A stretch of 59,004 nucleotides of DNA from an uncultured Pseudomonadota bacterium. Its GTDB lineage: Bacteria; Pseudomonadota; Alphaproteobacteria; Rs-D84. The notes under the pieces were generated by a model. It was not told the origin of the DNA. It saw nothing but the letters and a program-made list of their open reading frames with translations, and did not search any database. Location of the stretch: the NCBI GenBank assembly GCA_947165335.1, contig CAMVAB010000001.1, forward strand, positions 1 through 59,004. The letters are read 5' to 3'. Below are positions 12,411 through 21,491 of this stretch, one piece after another; position 1 is the first letter of the stretch, and each line of letters begins with the position of its first letter. The translations under genes were made by a program, and so were the position numbers.

Positions 12411-12513
12411 TGGTGGAGCTGATCAGACTCGAACTGACGAGTACGTTTGCATGTCATTAAGTGTCCCAATCATTCCACTCTGCCAGATTATTTACGCAAT
12501 CTACATAAAAACC
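12411..12513 (-). pseudogene. Chimeric tRNA-like remnant
   Basis: 12411-12440 is identical to the 3' 30 nt of tRNA-Ala (12514-12543). The upstream part has a Leu-type D arm (GTGGAATGATTGGGACAC). No 5' acceptor strand or anticodon stem can be formed. Confidence 0.55.
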
Positions 12514-12589
12514 TGGTGGAGCTGATCAGACTCGAACTGACGACCCCTTGCATGCCATGCAAGTGCTCTACCAACTGAGCTACAACCCC
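12514..12589 (-). tRNA. tRNA-Ala (GGC)
   Basis: Manual cloverleaf: acceptor GGGGTTG/CAGCTCC with the G3:U70 alanine identity pair, anticodon loop ATGGCAT, T loop TTCGAGT, CCA encoded. Confidence 0.9.
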
Positions 12590-12601
12590 ATGCGGCAACT
12601 T

Positions 12602-12630
12602 ATTCTATATTTCTTCTTGCCAAAAGTCAA
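12602..12630 (-). promoter_or_regulatory. Putative promoter of the tRNA-Ala/tRNA-His unit
   Basis: On the minus strand: TTGACT, 17 nt, TAGAAT, ending 12 nt before the 5' end of tRNA-Ala. Confidence 0.5.
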
Positions 12631-12680
12631 ATCATTTTGCTAATCTTCACTATAAGTATAATTACAAGGAGTACTTTATC

Positions 12681-13241
12681 ATGGATTATTCACTTTTGAA
12701 ATCTGAAACAGAACAAAGAACTGCTCAAACACTTGAAGTATTACAAAACGAATTCGCAGGTCTGCGCACAGGCCGCGCATCCGTGCATTTGCTGGACGGA
12801 ATTAAAGTCCCGGTATATGGTGCTGAAATGCCTTTGAACCAGGTTGCGACCGTTTCAACGCCTGACACACAAACATTATCTGTAACCGTTTGGGATGTAA
12901 ACAATGCGCCTGCTGTAGAAAAGGCGATTCGTGATTCTGGTCTCGGATTAAATCCAATGACTGCTGGGGGTGTTATCCGTTTGAATTTACCACCATTAAC
13001 CGAAGAACGCCGTCGCGAATTGACCAAAGTTGCTGGAAAATATGCGGAAGACGCCAAAATTTCTATGCGTAATATTCGCCAAGATGTTATGGGTAAAATT
13101 AAACGTGCTGTGACAGACAAAGAAATTTCCGAAGATGATCAGCGCAAATATGAAGAAGATATTCAAAAAGTATTTGATGGTCGTGGGACTGAAGTTGACG
13201 CAATGTTAAAACAAAAAGAAGCAGATATTATGTCTGTATAG
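12681..13241 (+). CDS. frr: Ribosome recycling factor
   Basis: 186 aa, typical RRF sequence, in the conserved frr-uppS-cdsA-rseP-bamA order. Confidence 0.92.
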   Translation: MDYSLLKSETEQRTAQTLEVLQNEFAGLRTGRASVHLLDGIKVPVYGAEMPLNQVATVSTPDTQTLSVTVWDVNNAPAVEKAIRDSGLGLNPMTAGGVIRLNLPPLTEERRRELTKVAGKYAEDAKISMRNIRQDVMGKIKRAVTDKEISEDDQRKYEEDIQKVFDGRGTEVDAMLKQKEADIMSV

Positions 13242-13267
13242 TTTTTGTGAATTAAGGAATAAAAATC

Positions 13268-14023
13268 ATGTTTAGTCTTTTCAGAAAAAAAGAAACAAAA
13301 AAACAACCGTTGAAGATTCCACAACACATTGCTTTCATTTGTGATGGAAATCGCAGATGGGCTGAAAGGCGCGGATTACCGCCGTTGATGGGGCACAAGG
13401 CCGGAATTTCTAATTTTGAAAAACTGGTTGATTGGTTTTTTGAACGCGGGGTAACAACAATTTCTTTCTATATTTTTTCAACAGAAAATTGGAATCGTTC
13501 CAAAGAAGAAGTTGATTTCTTGATGAATCTTTTTTACAGCGAATTAAACAAAAATATGAAACACGCGATAAAGAAAAATCTGCGTTATCGTGTTGTTGGT
13601 TCGCGCGAAAAATTACCAAAAAAATTAGCAAAACTTTGTGATGAACTTGAAAAAGTTTCCGCTGAAAACACTGGTGGAACTGTTGTCTTTGCACTTAATT
13701 ACGGTGGCCAAGACGAAATTGTTCGCGCTGTAAACGCTGCGATTGAAAATGGCGAAAAGGTTGACAAGGAAACATTTGAAACATTTATGGATACTGGTGA
13801 TTTATTGCCTGTTGATTTAATGGTTCGAACAAGTAATGAAAACAGAATATCTAATTTCTTGCTTTGGAAACTGGCATATGCAGAATTGTTATTTATCCCA
13901 GAACACTGGCCTGATTTGGTTAAATCTGAAAAATTATGGCAATATGTTTTGGATGAATATCAAAAACGCGATCGTCGTTTCGGCGGTGGAAAAAAGAAAA
14001 ACTATTCAGGGAAACAAAAATGA
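13268..14023 (+). CDS. uppS: Undecaprenyl diphosphate synthase
   Basis: FICDGNRRWA motif and conserved ISNFLLW region. Confidence 0.92.
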   Translation: MFSLFRKKETKKQPLKIPQHIAFICDGNRRWAERRGLPPLMGHKAGISNFEKLVDWFFERGVTTISFYIFSTENWNRSKEEVDFLMNLFYSELNKNMKHAIKKNLRYRVVGSREKLPKKLAKLCDELEKVSAENTGGTVVFALNYGGQDEIVRAVNAAIENGEKVDKETFETFMDTGDLLPVDLMVRTSNENRISNFLLWKLAYAELLFIPEHWPDLVKSEKLWQYVLDEYQKRDRRFGGGKKKNYSGKQK

Positions 14024-14691
14024 AAATATCAAAATTATCTAATACAACATTGCGTTTTATAACTGCTGGGGGAATGTTTGTCGTATTGGCGATTGTTGTC
14101 GCTTTGGAAGTAGCTTTTCCTAGTATACACGCTGTACGTTGGTTAAGTGTTTTAATTATGATTGGCGCAATCTATGAAACATTTATAAATTTGAAAAATG
14201 CAAAAGCAAAAACTTTTGAAAGCCATCGTTTATCTTTCATCGCTTTCTTTTGTTGGTTAATATTGATGCTGATTTCCGCATATTTTGTCGGGGCACGTCC
14301 ATGGGTTATGTTATGGCTGTTAATGATAATCGTTGGTGCAGATGTCGGAGGTTGGTTGTTTGGTTTGATTTTTGGTGGCGACAAAATGTGGGAAAGAATA
14401 TCGACACATAAAACATGGGCCGGTCAAATGGGCGGTATTATTTGCGGAACTTTGATGTCTGTGTTATTCTTTTTGATGATACGCCCATACGGAAACGACA
14501 TTGTTTTTGCTGTTTTAATGGGTATCAGCATGTCATTACTCGCACAATATGGTGATTTAACAGCCAGTTATATTAAACGTTGTTTGGGCATCAAAGATTT
14601 CAGCAATTTATTGCCCGGACATGGCGGTATTATGGACAGATTTGACGGTTGGATTTACATATTACCATTGATGTGGTATTTCATAGCATAA
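14020..14691 (+). CDS. cdsA: Phosphatidate cytidylyltransferase
   Basis: Polytopic membrane protein with a CdsA C-terminal signature (GHGGIMDRFDG). Overlaps the uppS stop (ATGA). Confidence 0.88.
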   Translation: MKISKLSNTTLRFITAGGMFVVLAIVVALEVAFPSIHAVRWLSVLIMIGAIYETFINLKNAKAKTFESHRLSFIAFFCWLILMLISAYFVGARPWVMLWLLMIIVGADVGGWLFGLIFGGDKMWERISTHKTWAGQMGGIICGTLMSVLFFLMIRPYGNDIVFAVLMGISMSLLAQYGDLTASYIKRCLGIKDFSNLLPGHGGIMDRFDGWIYILPLMWYFIA

Positions 14692-14703
14692 TTAGGGGAA
14701 ATA

Positions 14704-15765
14704 ATGATGCACACCATTTTAACTATTGTTGCTTTGTTAATTGTTTTGGGAGTTGTGGTATTTGTTCACGAAGCAGGACATTTTATGGCTGCAAGATGGG
14801 CCGGTGTGCGCGTTGATGCTTTTTCTATTGGTTTTGGACCAGCAATTATAAAATGGCACGATAAACATAATACCATTTGGAAATTATGTTGTTTACCTTT
14901 GGGTGGTTATGTTTCTATTTACGGTCAAGAAGATATGTTTAACCGTAAAAAATATCAGGAATTACCAAAATCTAAAAAAGTTGGACATTATTTATCCGTA
15001 CCCGCATGGAAACAGTTTATAATTATCGCCGCTGGTGTGTTTATGAATTTTATATTGGCGTGGGGTATTTATACAGCTGATTTTATGTTCCGCCCACGCA
15101 ATATTCAATTACCAGTTGTTGGGCAAGTTGTTCGTGACAGCATTGCCTTCAAGGCGGGTGTCAAAGCGGGTGATATAATTGTAAAGATAGATAATTCATC
15201 TATTCACAATTGGGGCGAAATAATTGTCGCAAAAGAATTGGCAGATAAACATGATGCAAATGTCATCGTTTCCCGCAAGGGTCAAAAGTTTTATGTGACA
15301 TTGGCTCCTGCTGAAAAGTGGGGACTGATCGCAGATGGCAGCAAAACAATGTTCCGCAAGAAAAGTTTTGTCAGCGCTGTATATTCAGGTTTACGAGAAA
15401 CATATTATCAATCAAAAACTTTGTTGGTTGTGTTAAAACAAATTATAACGGGAGAGCGTTCTTCAAAACAATTGGGTTCCTTTATCACTATTGCCCAGGT
15501 TTCAGGTCATGCGCTCGAGGCGGGATTCTTTATATTCCTATCCATTATTGCTTTGATATCTGTTAATCTGGCGGTTATCAATTTATTACCCCTGCCCGTT
15601 TTGGATGGTGGTTATTTATTGATACTGATAATTGAAGCAATTACACGCAGAAAGTTAGGTGGCAAAGCGATGGAAATGACTATCTTAGTAGGTTGGATTT
15701 TAATCGCAATGTTATTTGCTTTCACTATGTGGAATGATATAGCACGCGTGTTTGGATTGAATTAA
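14704..15765 (+). CDS. rseP: RIP zinc metalloprotease RseP (single PDZ)
   Basis: HEAGHF motif, a PDZ-like middle region, and a NLLPLPVLDGG motif. Confidence 0.9.
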   Translation: MMHTILTIVALLIVLGVVVFVHEAGHFMAARWAGVRVDAFSIGFGPAIIKWHDKHNTIWKLCCLPLGGYVSIYGQEDMFNRKKYQELPKSKKVGHYLSVPAWKQFIIIAAGVFMNFILAWGIYTADFMFRPRNIQLPVVGQVVRDSIAFKAGVKAGDIIVKIDNSSIHNWGEIIVAKELADKHDANVIVSRKGQKFYVTLAPAEKWGLIADGSKTMFRKKSFVSAVYSGLRETYYQSKTLLVVLKQIITGERSSKQLGSFITIAQVSGHALEAGFFIFLSIIALISVNLAVINLLPLPVLDGGYLLILIIEAITRRKLGGKAMEMTILVGWILIAMLFAFTMWNDIARVFGLN

Positions 15766-15790
15766 TGGTAAAAAAAAGCGAGAAACAAAA

Positions 15791-16024
15791 ATGAAAACAC
15801 AAGAATATAATGTTCCAGCCGGCACAAATGTAAGAACAGCTGTGGAAAATGCTATCATAATGGCACGCGCAACAAATAATCATGTTATTGTTAATTTGAA
15901 CAATGCTAGATTTAGTGTAACATGCGATACAAAGGTACAAAACGCCATTGATGCGTATCTTGCTGTAAAAAGAAAAATGTTTGAAACGGAACAACAATTA
16001 AAACAAAATATAAAATGCGATTAA
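15791..16024 (+). CDS. Hypothetical 77-aa protein inserted between rseP and bamA
   Basis: ORF with an AAGCGAG-type RBS region. No recognisable motif. Confidence 0.35.
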   Translation: MKTQEYNVPAGTNVRTAVENAIIMARATNNHVIVNLNNARFSVTCDTKVQNAIDAYLAVKRKMFETEQQLKQNIKCD

Positions 16025-18273
16025 ATAAATTTTTATTTTTATCATTTATGCTTGCGGCACCTTGTTTTGTAAATGCTGCGGTTGTTTCACGCATTGATGT
16101 AAACGGCAACGAACGTATGGATAATGAATCTGTTCGTATTTTAGCCAATGTTAAAAATGGTGATAATGTCAGTTCTGAAACAATCAACAATATTGCAAAA
16201 GATTTACAATCCAGCGGTTATTTTGAAAAAGTTGATGTTAAATTAAACGGCGATATTCTTAAAATAGATGTTGTTGAATCGCCTATTATCAACATGGTTA
16301 CAGTTGAAGGCAATGATGAAATTGACACCGAAGATTTGAAAAAAGAAATCAAAACAAAAGAACGCGCATCATATGATAAATCTGTGATTGGTGCTGATGT
16401 TCAACGTTTATTGACCCTTTATCAACGCAAAGGTTTCTTTGGCACAAAAATAAACCCAAAGAAAATTGAATTAGATAATAATCGTGTAAACGTTGTTTAT
16501 GAAATTAAAGAAGGACACCCAACATACATCAGCGACATAGATTTTGAAAACAATAAAAAATTCCGTTCTCGCACTTTACGCAAAGAATTGTTATCTCGCG
16601 AACATGCTTGGTGGCGTTTTATGACACAGTTTGATGTTTATGATGAAGACAGAATCCAATACGACCAACAATTATTACACCAATTTTATATGCGTAACGG
16701 ATTTCTCGATTTTCGTATTACAGATGTCAAAGGCGCTTTTACCCAGGACCGCGAATATTATTCTGTAAAATACACTGTGGATGAAGGAAAGCAGTATAAA
16801 ATTGGTGATATAAAAATAGACAATCCTTTCCCTGATGTCCCAGACAAAGAATTATACAAAGCATTAACAATTTCTAAGAAAGATGTTTATAACATTGACG
16901 AAATAGATGCAACTGTGAATGCATTACGTGGTGTTGTCGCAGATCATGGATATGCATTTATAAGTGTTGACCCTGCCCCAGATAAACATGATGATACATT
17001 AACTGTCGATATAAACTTTAAAATAAAAAAGACAAACCGTATTTATATCAACAGCATCAATTTGTTAAATAATGTTCGTACATTCGACAGTGTCATTGAA
17101 CATCATCTTCCTATGCGCGAAGGCGATCCTTTCTCGCTTCAAACGATCGAAACAGGTCGTCAAAATTTGATGCATACACGTTATTTCAAAGATGTTCAAA
17201 TGATCCCAACGCGTCTTGCTGATGCAAACATGATGAATTTAGATGTAAAGGTTGAAGAACAACCAACTGGCGAATTATCAGGGGGGCTTGGGTGGTCTTC
17301 GATAAACGGATTCATGGTTGATGCTGGTATTACTGAAAATAATTTTATGGGACGCGGACAAATTGTCCAAATCAAAGGTTCTATCGCACAATATCAGCGT
17401 CAAGCCCTGTTTAGTTTCACAGAACCATTCTTGTTCAATCGTGAATTGTCTGGTGGATTTGATGTTTCATATACTCAATACAAATATTCACATCTTGGTG
17501 GTTATGGATATGATCGTGATTCATTTATGGTGGCAGGCCGTCTGGGGTGGCGTTTAACAGATCATTGGACCCAAACAATGCGTCTTTCTGCGTCATTCGA
17601 TCAAAACTATGATTTGCAATTGGGCGGTTGGCAAAAATCAAATCTTTACACACTTGGTACAAATCTGCGTTATTATAATTTACATACAAATTTTCAACAA
17701 AACACTCACACAGGAATTGTTGGTAATCTTGGGGTTGCTTATACTGGATTCGGTGGAACAAGTACATTTATACGATACAGTGCCGATATTACAGGCATGG
17801 TTAAATTCTTTGATGACAGATGGCAATTACGTTCATCATGGGATTTTGGCTATCTGCAATCACTTGAAAGCGATGATTATATTCCACGTGTTTACCGTTA
17901 CTTCTTGGGTGGCGAATCTTTGCGTGGATTTGATGTTGCTGGCGTTGGTTCAAGATACAGATACTATTCTTTGGGTGGTTTATGGAAAGCAAACGGGTCA
18001 ACTCAAATGAATTTTCCTATCTTTATTCCAGATGAATATCAGGTCAAAGGTTTCGTATTTGCTGATTATGGTATTTTAGGCAAACCACCTATGAAAAATC
18101 TTGATAATAACCCGTATGTTCACACAGATGAAGATTGGCGAACATCTGTTGGTTTTGGTATTTATTGGAACACGCCTATGGGACCGATGAATTTCTCGTG
18201 GGGGTGGCCAATGAAAGTGAATAAATACGACGAAGAAAGACGTTTCTTGCTGTCATTTGAAACTCAATTCTAA
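16015..18273 (+). CDS. bamA: Outer membrane protein assembly factor BamA
   Basis: Signal peptide, POTRA-repeat N-terminus, C-terminal beta-barrel ending in ...LSFETQF. Confidence 0.92.
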   Translation: MRLNKFLFLSFMLAAPCFVNAAVVSRIDVNGNERMDNESVRILANVKNGDNVSSETINNIAKDLQSSGYFEKVDVKLNGDILKIDVVESPIINMVTVEGNDEIDTEDLKKEIKTKERASYDKSVIGADVQRLLTLYQRKGFFGTKINPKKIELDNNRVNVVYEIKEGHPTYISDIDFENNKKFRSRTLRKELLSREHAWWRFMTQFDVYDEDRIQYDQQLLHQFYMRNGFLDFRITDVKGAFTQDREYYSVKYTVDEGKQYKIGDIKIDNPFPDVPDKELYKALTISKKDVYNIDEIDATVNALRGVVADHGYAFISVDPAPDKHDDTLTVDINFKIKKTNRIYINSINLLNNVRTFDSVIEHHLPMREGDPFSLQTIETGRQNLMHTRYFKDVQMIPTRLADANMMNLDVKVEEQPTGELSGGLGWSSINGFMVDAGITENNFMGRGQIVQIKGSIAQYQRQALFSFTEPFLFNRELSGGFDVSYTQYKYSHLGGYGYDRDSFMVAGRLGWRLTDHWTQTMRLSASFDQNYDLQLGGWQKSNLYTLGTNLRYYNLHTNFQQNTHTGIVGNLGVAYTGFGGTSTFIRYSADITGMVKFFDDRWQLRSSWDFGYLQSLESDDYIPRVYRYFLGGESLRGFDVAGVGSRYRYYSLGGLWKANGSTQMNFPIFIPDEYQVKGFVFADYGILGKPPMKNLDNNPYVHTDEDWRTSVGFGIYWNTPMGPMNFSWGWPMKVNKYDEERRFLLSFETQF

Positions 18274-18337
18274 TCGTTTTAGCTTGACGGGGGGAATAGA
18301 TTTTTCTTATACTAAAAAGAAAGGAAAGGATAAAGAG

Positions 18338-18493
18338 ATGAAAAAATTTTTAGCTGTTTGTGCTTTGGTTATCGTTGGTTTGTCAATGGCAGGATGTGGT
18401 CAAATATATGATCGCGAACCGGTCAGTATTGGTTATGATTCCAATGAATTAAAATTAAGTCCTTGTGCATGCATATTAGTATACAAGGCATAA
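18338..18493 (+). CDS. Small lipoprotein (51 aa)
   Basis: AAGGAAAGGA RBS and signal peptide with lipobox LSMAG-C. Confidence 0.55.
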   Translation: MKKFLAVCALVIVGLSMAGCGQIYDREPVSIGYDSNELKLSPCACILVYKA

Positions 18494-18515
18494 CGATATT
18501 TATGGGGGGAACGCT

Positions 18516-19214
18516 TTGGAATATCCAAACGATTTTGATGTGCCGTCTTTTTCAGCGGGCAAAGCTGTTGCTTTTTCCCGCGGTATGTCGATTTGGATAT
18601 CAATTGTATTTTTTCTTGTAATTGCGGCCTGTGGTTTTATTTTATTAGGCGTCCATTTAAAGAAAAATTATCCATTTATAATATCTGTTGATCCTATTAC
18701 TAACGAATGGACTGTTGTTGCGTATCCACATGAAAAACAAGAAAAAATTCAACAATATCAAATTATTCAAGAAAAACTGGCTAGAGATTATGTAAAAAAT
18801 TGGTTTACAATATCTGAAAATGCACAAACAAATGAAAAACGGTGGCAATCTTGCAGTATCGATGAATGCGCAAACACCGAACAATTTAAACCAGATAATA
18901 TAAATTGCGCAATTGCCTGTAAATCGAGTTCAACTTTATTTGAAGATTTTACAAAAATGGTTTTACCAGAATATCTGGCTCGTGTTGAATCTGGCAACGA
19001 AAAATGGACAGTTGGTCGTATGCTTATTACACCTCAGAATAAAATGTCTGAAAACTCTAGTGATTGGCAGGTTATTGCGGATATTACTTCTAATATCAGT
19101 GGAACTTTTTCGGTATTAAGTTTTGTTAACATAAAACGCGATGTTAATCTTTACCCTGCTACATTTGGATATTATGTAGAAGATTTTAATTCGTACAGGA
19201 TGATAAATGAATAA
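18516..19214 (+). CDS. Bitopic membrane protein, VirB8/DotI-like topology (tentative)
   Basis: GGGGGGA RBS with a TTG start. One N-terminal TM followed by a roughly 185-aa periplasmic domain. Paralogous to the next gene (LARDYVKNWF vs LIKKYVNEYF). Confidence 0.4.
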   Translation: MEYPNDFDVPSFSAGKAVAFSRGMSIWISIVFFLVIAACGFILLGVHLKKNYPFIISVDPITNEWTVVAYPHEKQEKIQQYQIIQEKLARDYVKNWFTISENAQTNEKRWQSCSIDECANTEQFKPDNINCAIACKSSSTLFEDFTKMVLPEYLARVESGNEKWTVGRMLITPQNKMSENSSDWQVIADITSNISGTFSVLSFVNIKRDVNLYPATFGYYVEDFNSYRMINE

Positions 19215-19875
19215 ACTGAAATCATTTTTTACAGGTTTAATTTTATTAGCAATCGTTTTTGCGATGATTCTTGTTACTGCTTTGTTGTATCGCGCAAATG
19301 AACGTTTGTCTGTAAAATCATATATATTCCAAATGAACAATTTTGCAAACCAACGCATTGGCCCAATGCAAGAAGTAAAAGATATTTCGGCAAACGATTT
19401 ACGAAACAGATTAATAAAAAAATATGTGAACGAATATTTCAAAGTTATCCCTGGCGAACAAGATGTGACAAATCGTCCAACCTTGCAAGCGATGGGGGAA
19501 ACAGCATTCGAACAATGGAAACGCAATGAAGCGAAAACAATCGCCAGTATGTCAGAGAAAAAAATGTTCCGTATGGTTCGTATTCCGAATGACGGTATCG
19601 CAACAATTACAAAAATGAAAAACGAAAATTATGACACAGATGAATTGGCCGAACTTGTGTATTACGCTGTTCGTTATTACATGTACACATGGTCAACATC
19701 CAATGTAATGGAAATAGAACCTTCGCAAGAACAAGGGACCCTTTACATAGAAGCAAAATTTAAACCTGGTATTAAACCAAATATAAATGTCCGTAAAGAT
19801 CTTGAAAAAGGGTTAGACCCTTCGGGACTGTTTATGTTTGAAGTAACAAATGTTGGAAACAAGGAAGATATATGA
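19207..19875 (+). CDS. Bitopic membrane protein, paralog of the preceding gene (VirB8/DotI-like, tentative)
   Basis: One N-terminal TM, similar size and motif spacing, overlapping start. Confidence 0.4.
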   Translation: MNKLKSFFTGLILLAIVFAMILVTALLYRANERLSVKSYIFQMNNFANQRIGPMQEVKDISANDLRNRLIKKYVNEYFKVIPGEQDVTNRPTLQAMGETAFEQWKRNEAKTIASMSEKKMFRMVRIPNDGIATITKMKNENYDTDELAELVYYAVRYYMYTWSTSNVMEIEPSQEQGTLYIEAKFKPGIKPNINVRKDLEKGLDPSGLFMFEVTNVGNKEDI

Positions 19876-20654
19876 TAAAAAAAATATTATTTTTATTGTC
19901 TGTTTGTTCTGTGGTGTTTTGCACAAATATTGCATGTGCAGAAGATGATTTATCTTTTGATAATTTCGCGATTGTCGAAGACGAAGATAGTGATATGATC
20001 ACAGAAAATGTCGCTCTTAATCCTGGTGCAAGTGTCGTCGATGTAAAACAATTTGATATTGCAGGGGTAATGTTGGGCATGCATTATGACGAATTAAATA
20101 ATTTGTTCTTTAACGGGAACAGTTTATATACACCAACTAAAAAAAATAATACTGTTTACACGATAAACAAAGAATGGAAATATAATCTTGATTATGAATG
20201 TCGTCAGAATAATATTTTCGTTCCGGCAAAACTTGAAAAATGTATTTATTCATTGGCGCAAAGTCGCGGATTACTCTATGTATCAGAAATTCATTTAGAA
20301 CGAACTTCGACTGGTGAAACCATAGATGTATATTTAACCAGCAACGCATCTGATAATGTTGTATGGAAAGTTGTTTATAATAATGACGTAAATTACACAG
20401 AAGGAGAACACGAAAAATTTGAAAACATTCGTGAAAAAAAGATATTATCCTTTTGGCAGGGTGTTTTGGATAAATATGGCGAACCAAATTCTGATGAAGA
20501 CAAATGGATATCTTCTGAAAATCCGTATGAACCGATGATGCAGGCGTATTATGGTCAACTGGTTTTGACAGATAACGGATTGAATGCTTTTGATGTTTCT
20601 GAAAACATTCAAAAGGCACGCGAAAACTTCCAGGCAAAACCATATGCATTCTAA
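19872..20654 (+). CDS. Secreted hypothetical protein
   Basis: Signal peptide MIKKILFLLSVCSVVFCTNIACA. Start overlaps the previous gene. Confidence 0.5.
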   Translation: MIKKILFLLSVCSVVFCTNIACAEDDLSFDNFAIVEDEDSDMITENVALNPGASVVDVKQFDIAGVMLGMHYDELNNLFFNGNSLYTPTKKNNTVYTINKEWKYNLDYECRQNNIFVPAKLEKCIYSLAQSRGLLYVSEIHLERTSTGETIDVYLTSNASDNVVWKVVYNNDVNYTEGEHEKFENIREKKILSFWQGVLDKYGEPNSDEDKWISSENPYEPMMQAYYGQLVLTDNGLNAFDVSENIQKARENFQAKPYAF

Positions 20655-20997
20655 AAAAACTTCTTATCAAATTGGAATATATTCTGAATTTCTCGCGCGG
20701 ATGTATTTGCGGTTTCATGGGTATAGAATATTAAGCAAAAGATATATTACTGGTAAAAAAACCAATCGCGCAGAAATAGATATCATCGCAAAACATAAAA
20801 ACACTATCGTTTTTGTAGAAGTCAAAGCGCGACAAAATATTCCTGCAGCATGGGACGCTATTACCCCGATTCAATCAGCGCGTTTGCGTCGTGCTGCAGA
20901 AACATATTTAATAAATAAACATTGGCAAGGTGATGCACGTTTTGATGTGATTGTTGTATGCGGACATAAAATATATTGGGCGAAAAACGCAATTTAA
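20644..20997 (+). CDS. yraN: YraN-family (UPF0102) endonuclease-like protein
   Basis: Start MHSKKTSYQIG. The motif EIDIIAK...VFVEVKAR is typical of YraN. Confidence 0.8.
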   Translation: MHSKKTSYQIGIYSEFLARMYLRFHGYRILSKRYITGKKTNRAEIDIIAKHKNTIVFVEVKARQNIPAAWDAITPIQSARLRRAAETYLINKHWQGDARFDVIVVCGHKIYWAKNAI

Positions 20998-21275
20998 TTT
21001 TTTATAACCGCGCTTTTAATTAATGTTACATCTTCTTTGATTCCATCTATCTTTAATTGCAATTGACCTATCCCAGATTCAAGAATTGTTGTTCTGTTTT
21101 CAAGAGATGTTATACGCTGATCCTGTCGTTCAATTTCAGAAAGAGAAGAATCTTGACGGGCGACCCAATAAATTAACCCTGCAATAAAGGCCAACAAAAA
21201 CCATGTATCGCGCAACATATCTATTACACCAATGAAACCTTGTTTTTTTGGCATGTTAATATAATAATTTACCAC
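20994..21275 (-). CDS. Small membrane-anchored coiled-coil protein (phage-module end)
   Basis: One TM helix (TWFLLAFIAGLIYWV) followed by heptad-like repeats. Confidence 0.4.
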   Translation of the reverse strand: MVNYYINMPKKQGFIGVIDMLRDTWFLLAFIAGLIYWVARQDSSLSEIERQDQRITSLENRTTILESGIGQLQLKIDGIKEDVTLIKSAVIKN

Positions 21276-21277
21276 AA

Positions 21278-21481
21278 TTATTGTGTTGGATTATTCCCCC
21301 TTTGAATTAAATTTTCTATTTGGTGAACAAGCGCCTTTTGCGCAGCCCACCAGCGTAATTCGTCATTTGTTGCATTTATCCCCATAACACGTTCGACCGT
21401 CAAAGAACGCAAATGTGCCAGGACTTGTTTTCCAGACGCACACGAAAAAGTACGCGCATATTGTTTTTCTATATCTGACAT
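21278..21481 (-). CDS. Small phage protein, Bbp19-like (tentative)
   Basis: Start MSDIEKQY. The pattern F..ASGKQVLAHL...ELRWWAAQKALV recalls the Bbp19 family of BPP-1-like podoviruses. Confidence 0.4.
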   Translation of the reverse strand: MSDIEKQYARTFSCASGKQVLAHLRSLTVERVMGINATNDELRWWAAQKALVHQIENLIQRGNNPTQ

Positions 21482-21491
21482 TTTATATTCC

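Noticed and set aside
12411-12513. Possible tmRNA (the 3' end ...CAGCTCCACCA is also tmRNA-like) or a two-piece permuted ssrA
   Set aside because: I could find no matching 5' acceptor strand, no pseudoknot region and no plausible tag ORF ending in hydrophobic residues, either here or in 12033-12260. ARAGORN should still be run to confirm.
18338-20654. Calling this a type IV secretion locus
   Set aside because: Only VirB8-like topology and weak motif resemblance support it. There are no ATPases and no VirB9/B10/coupling protein genes nearby.
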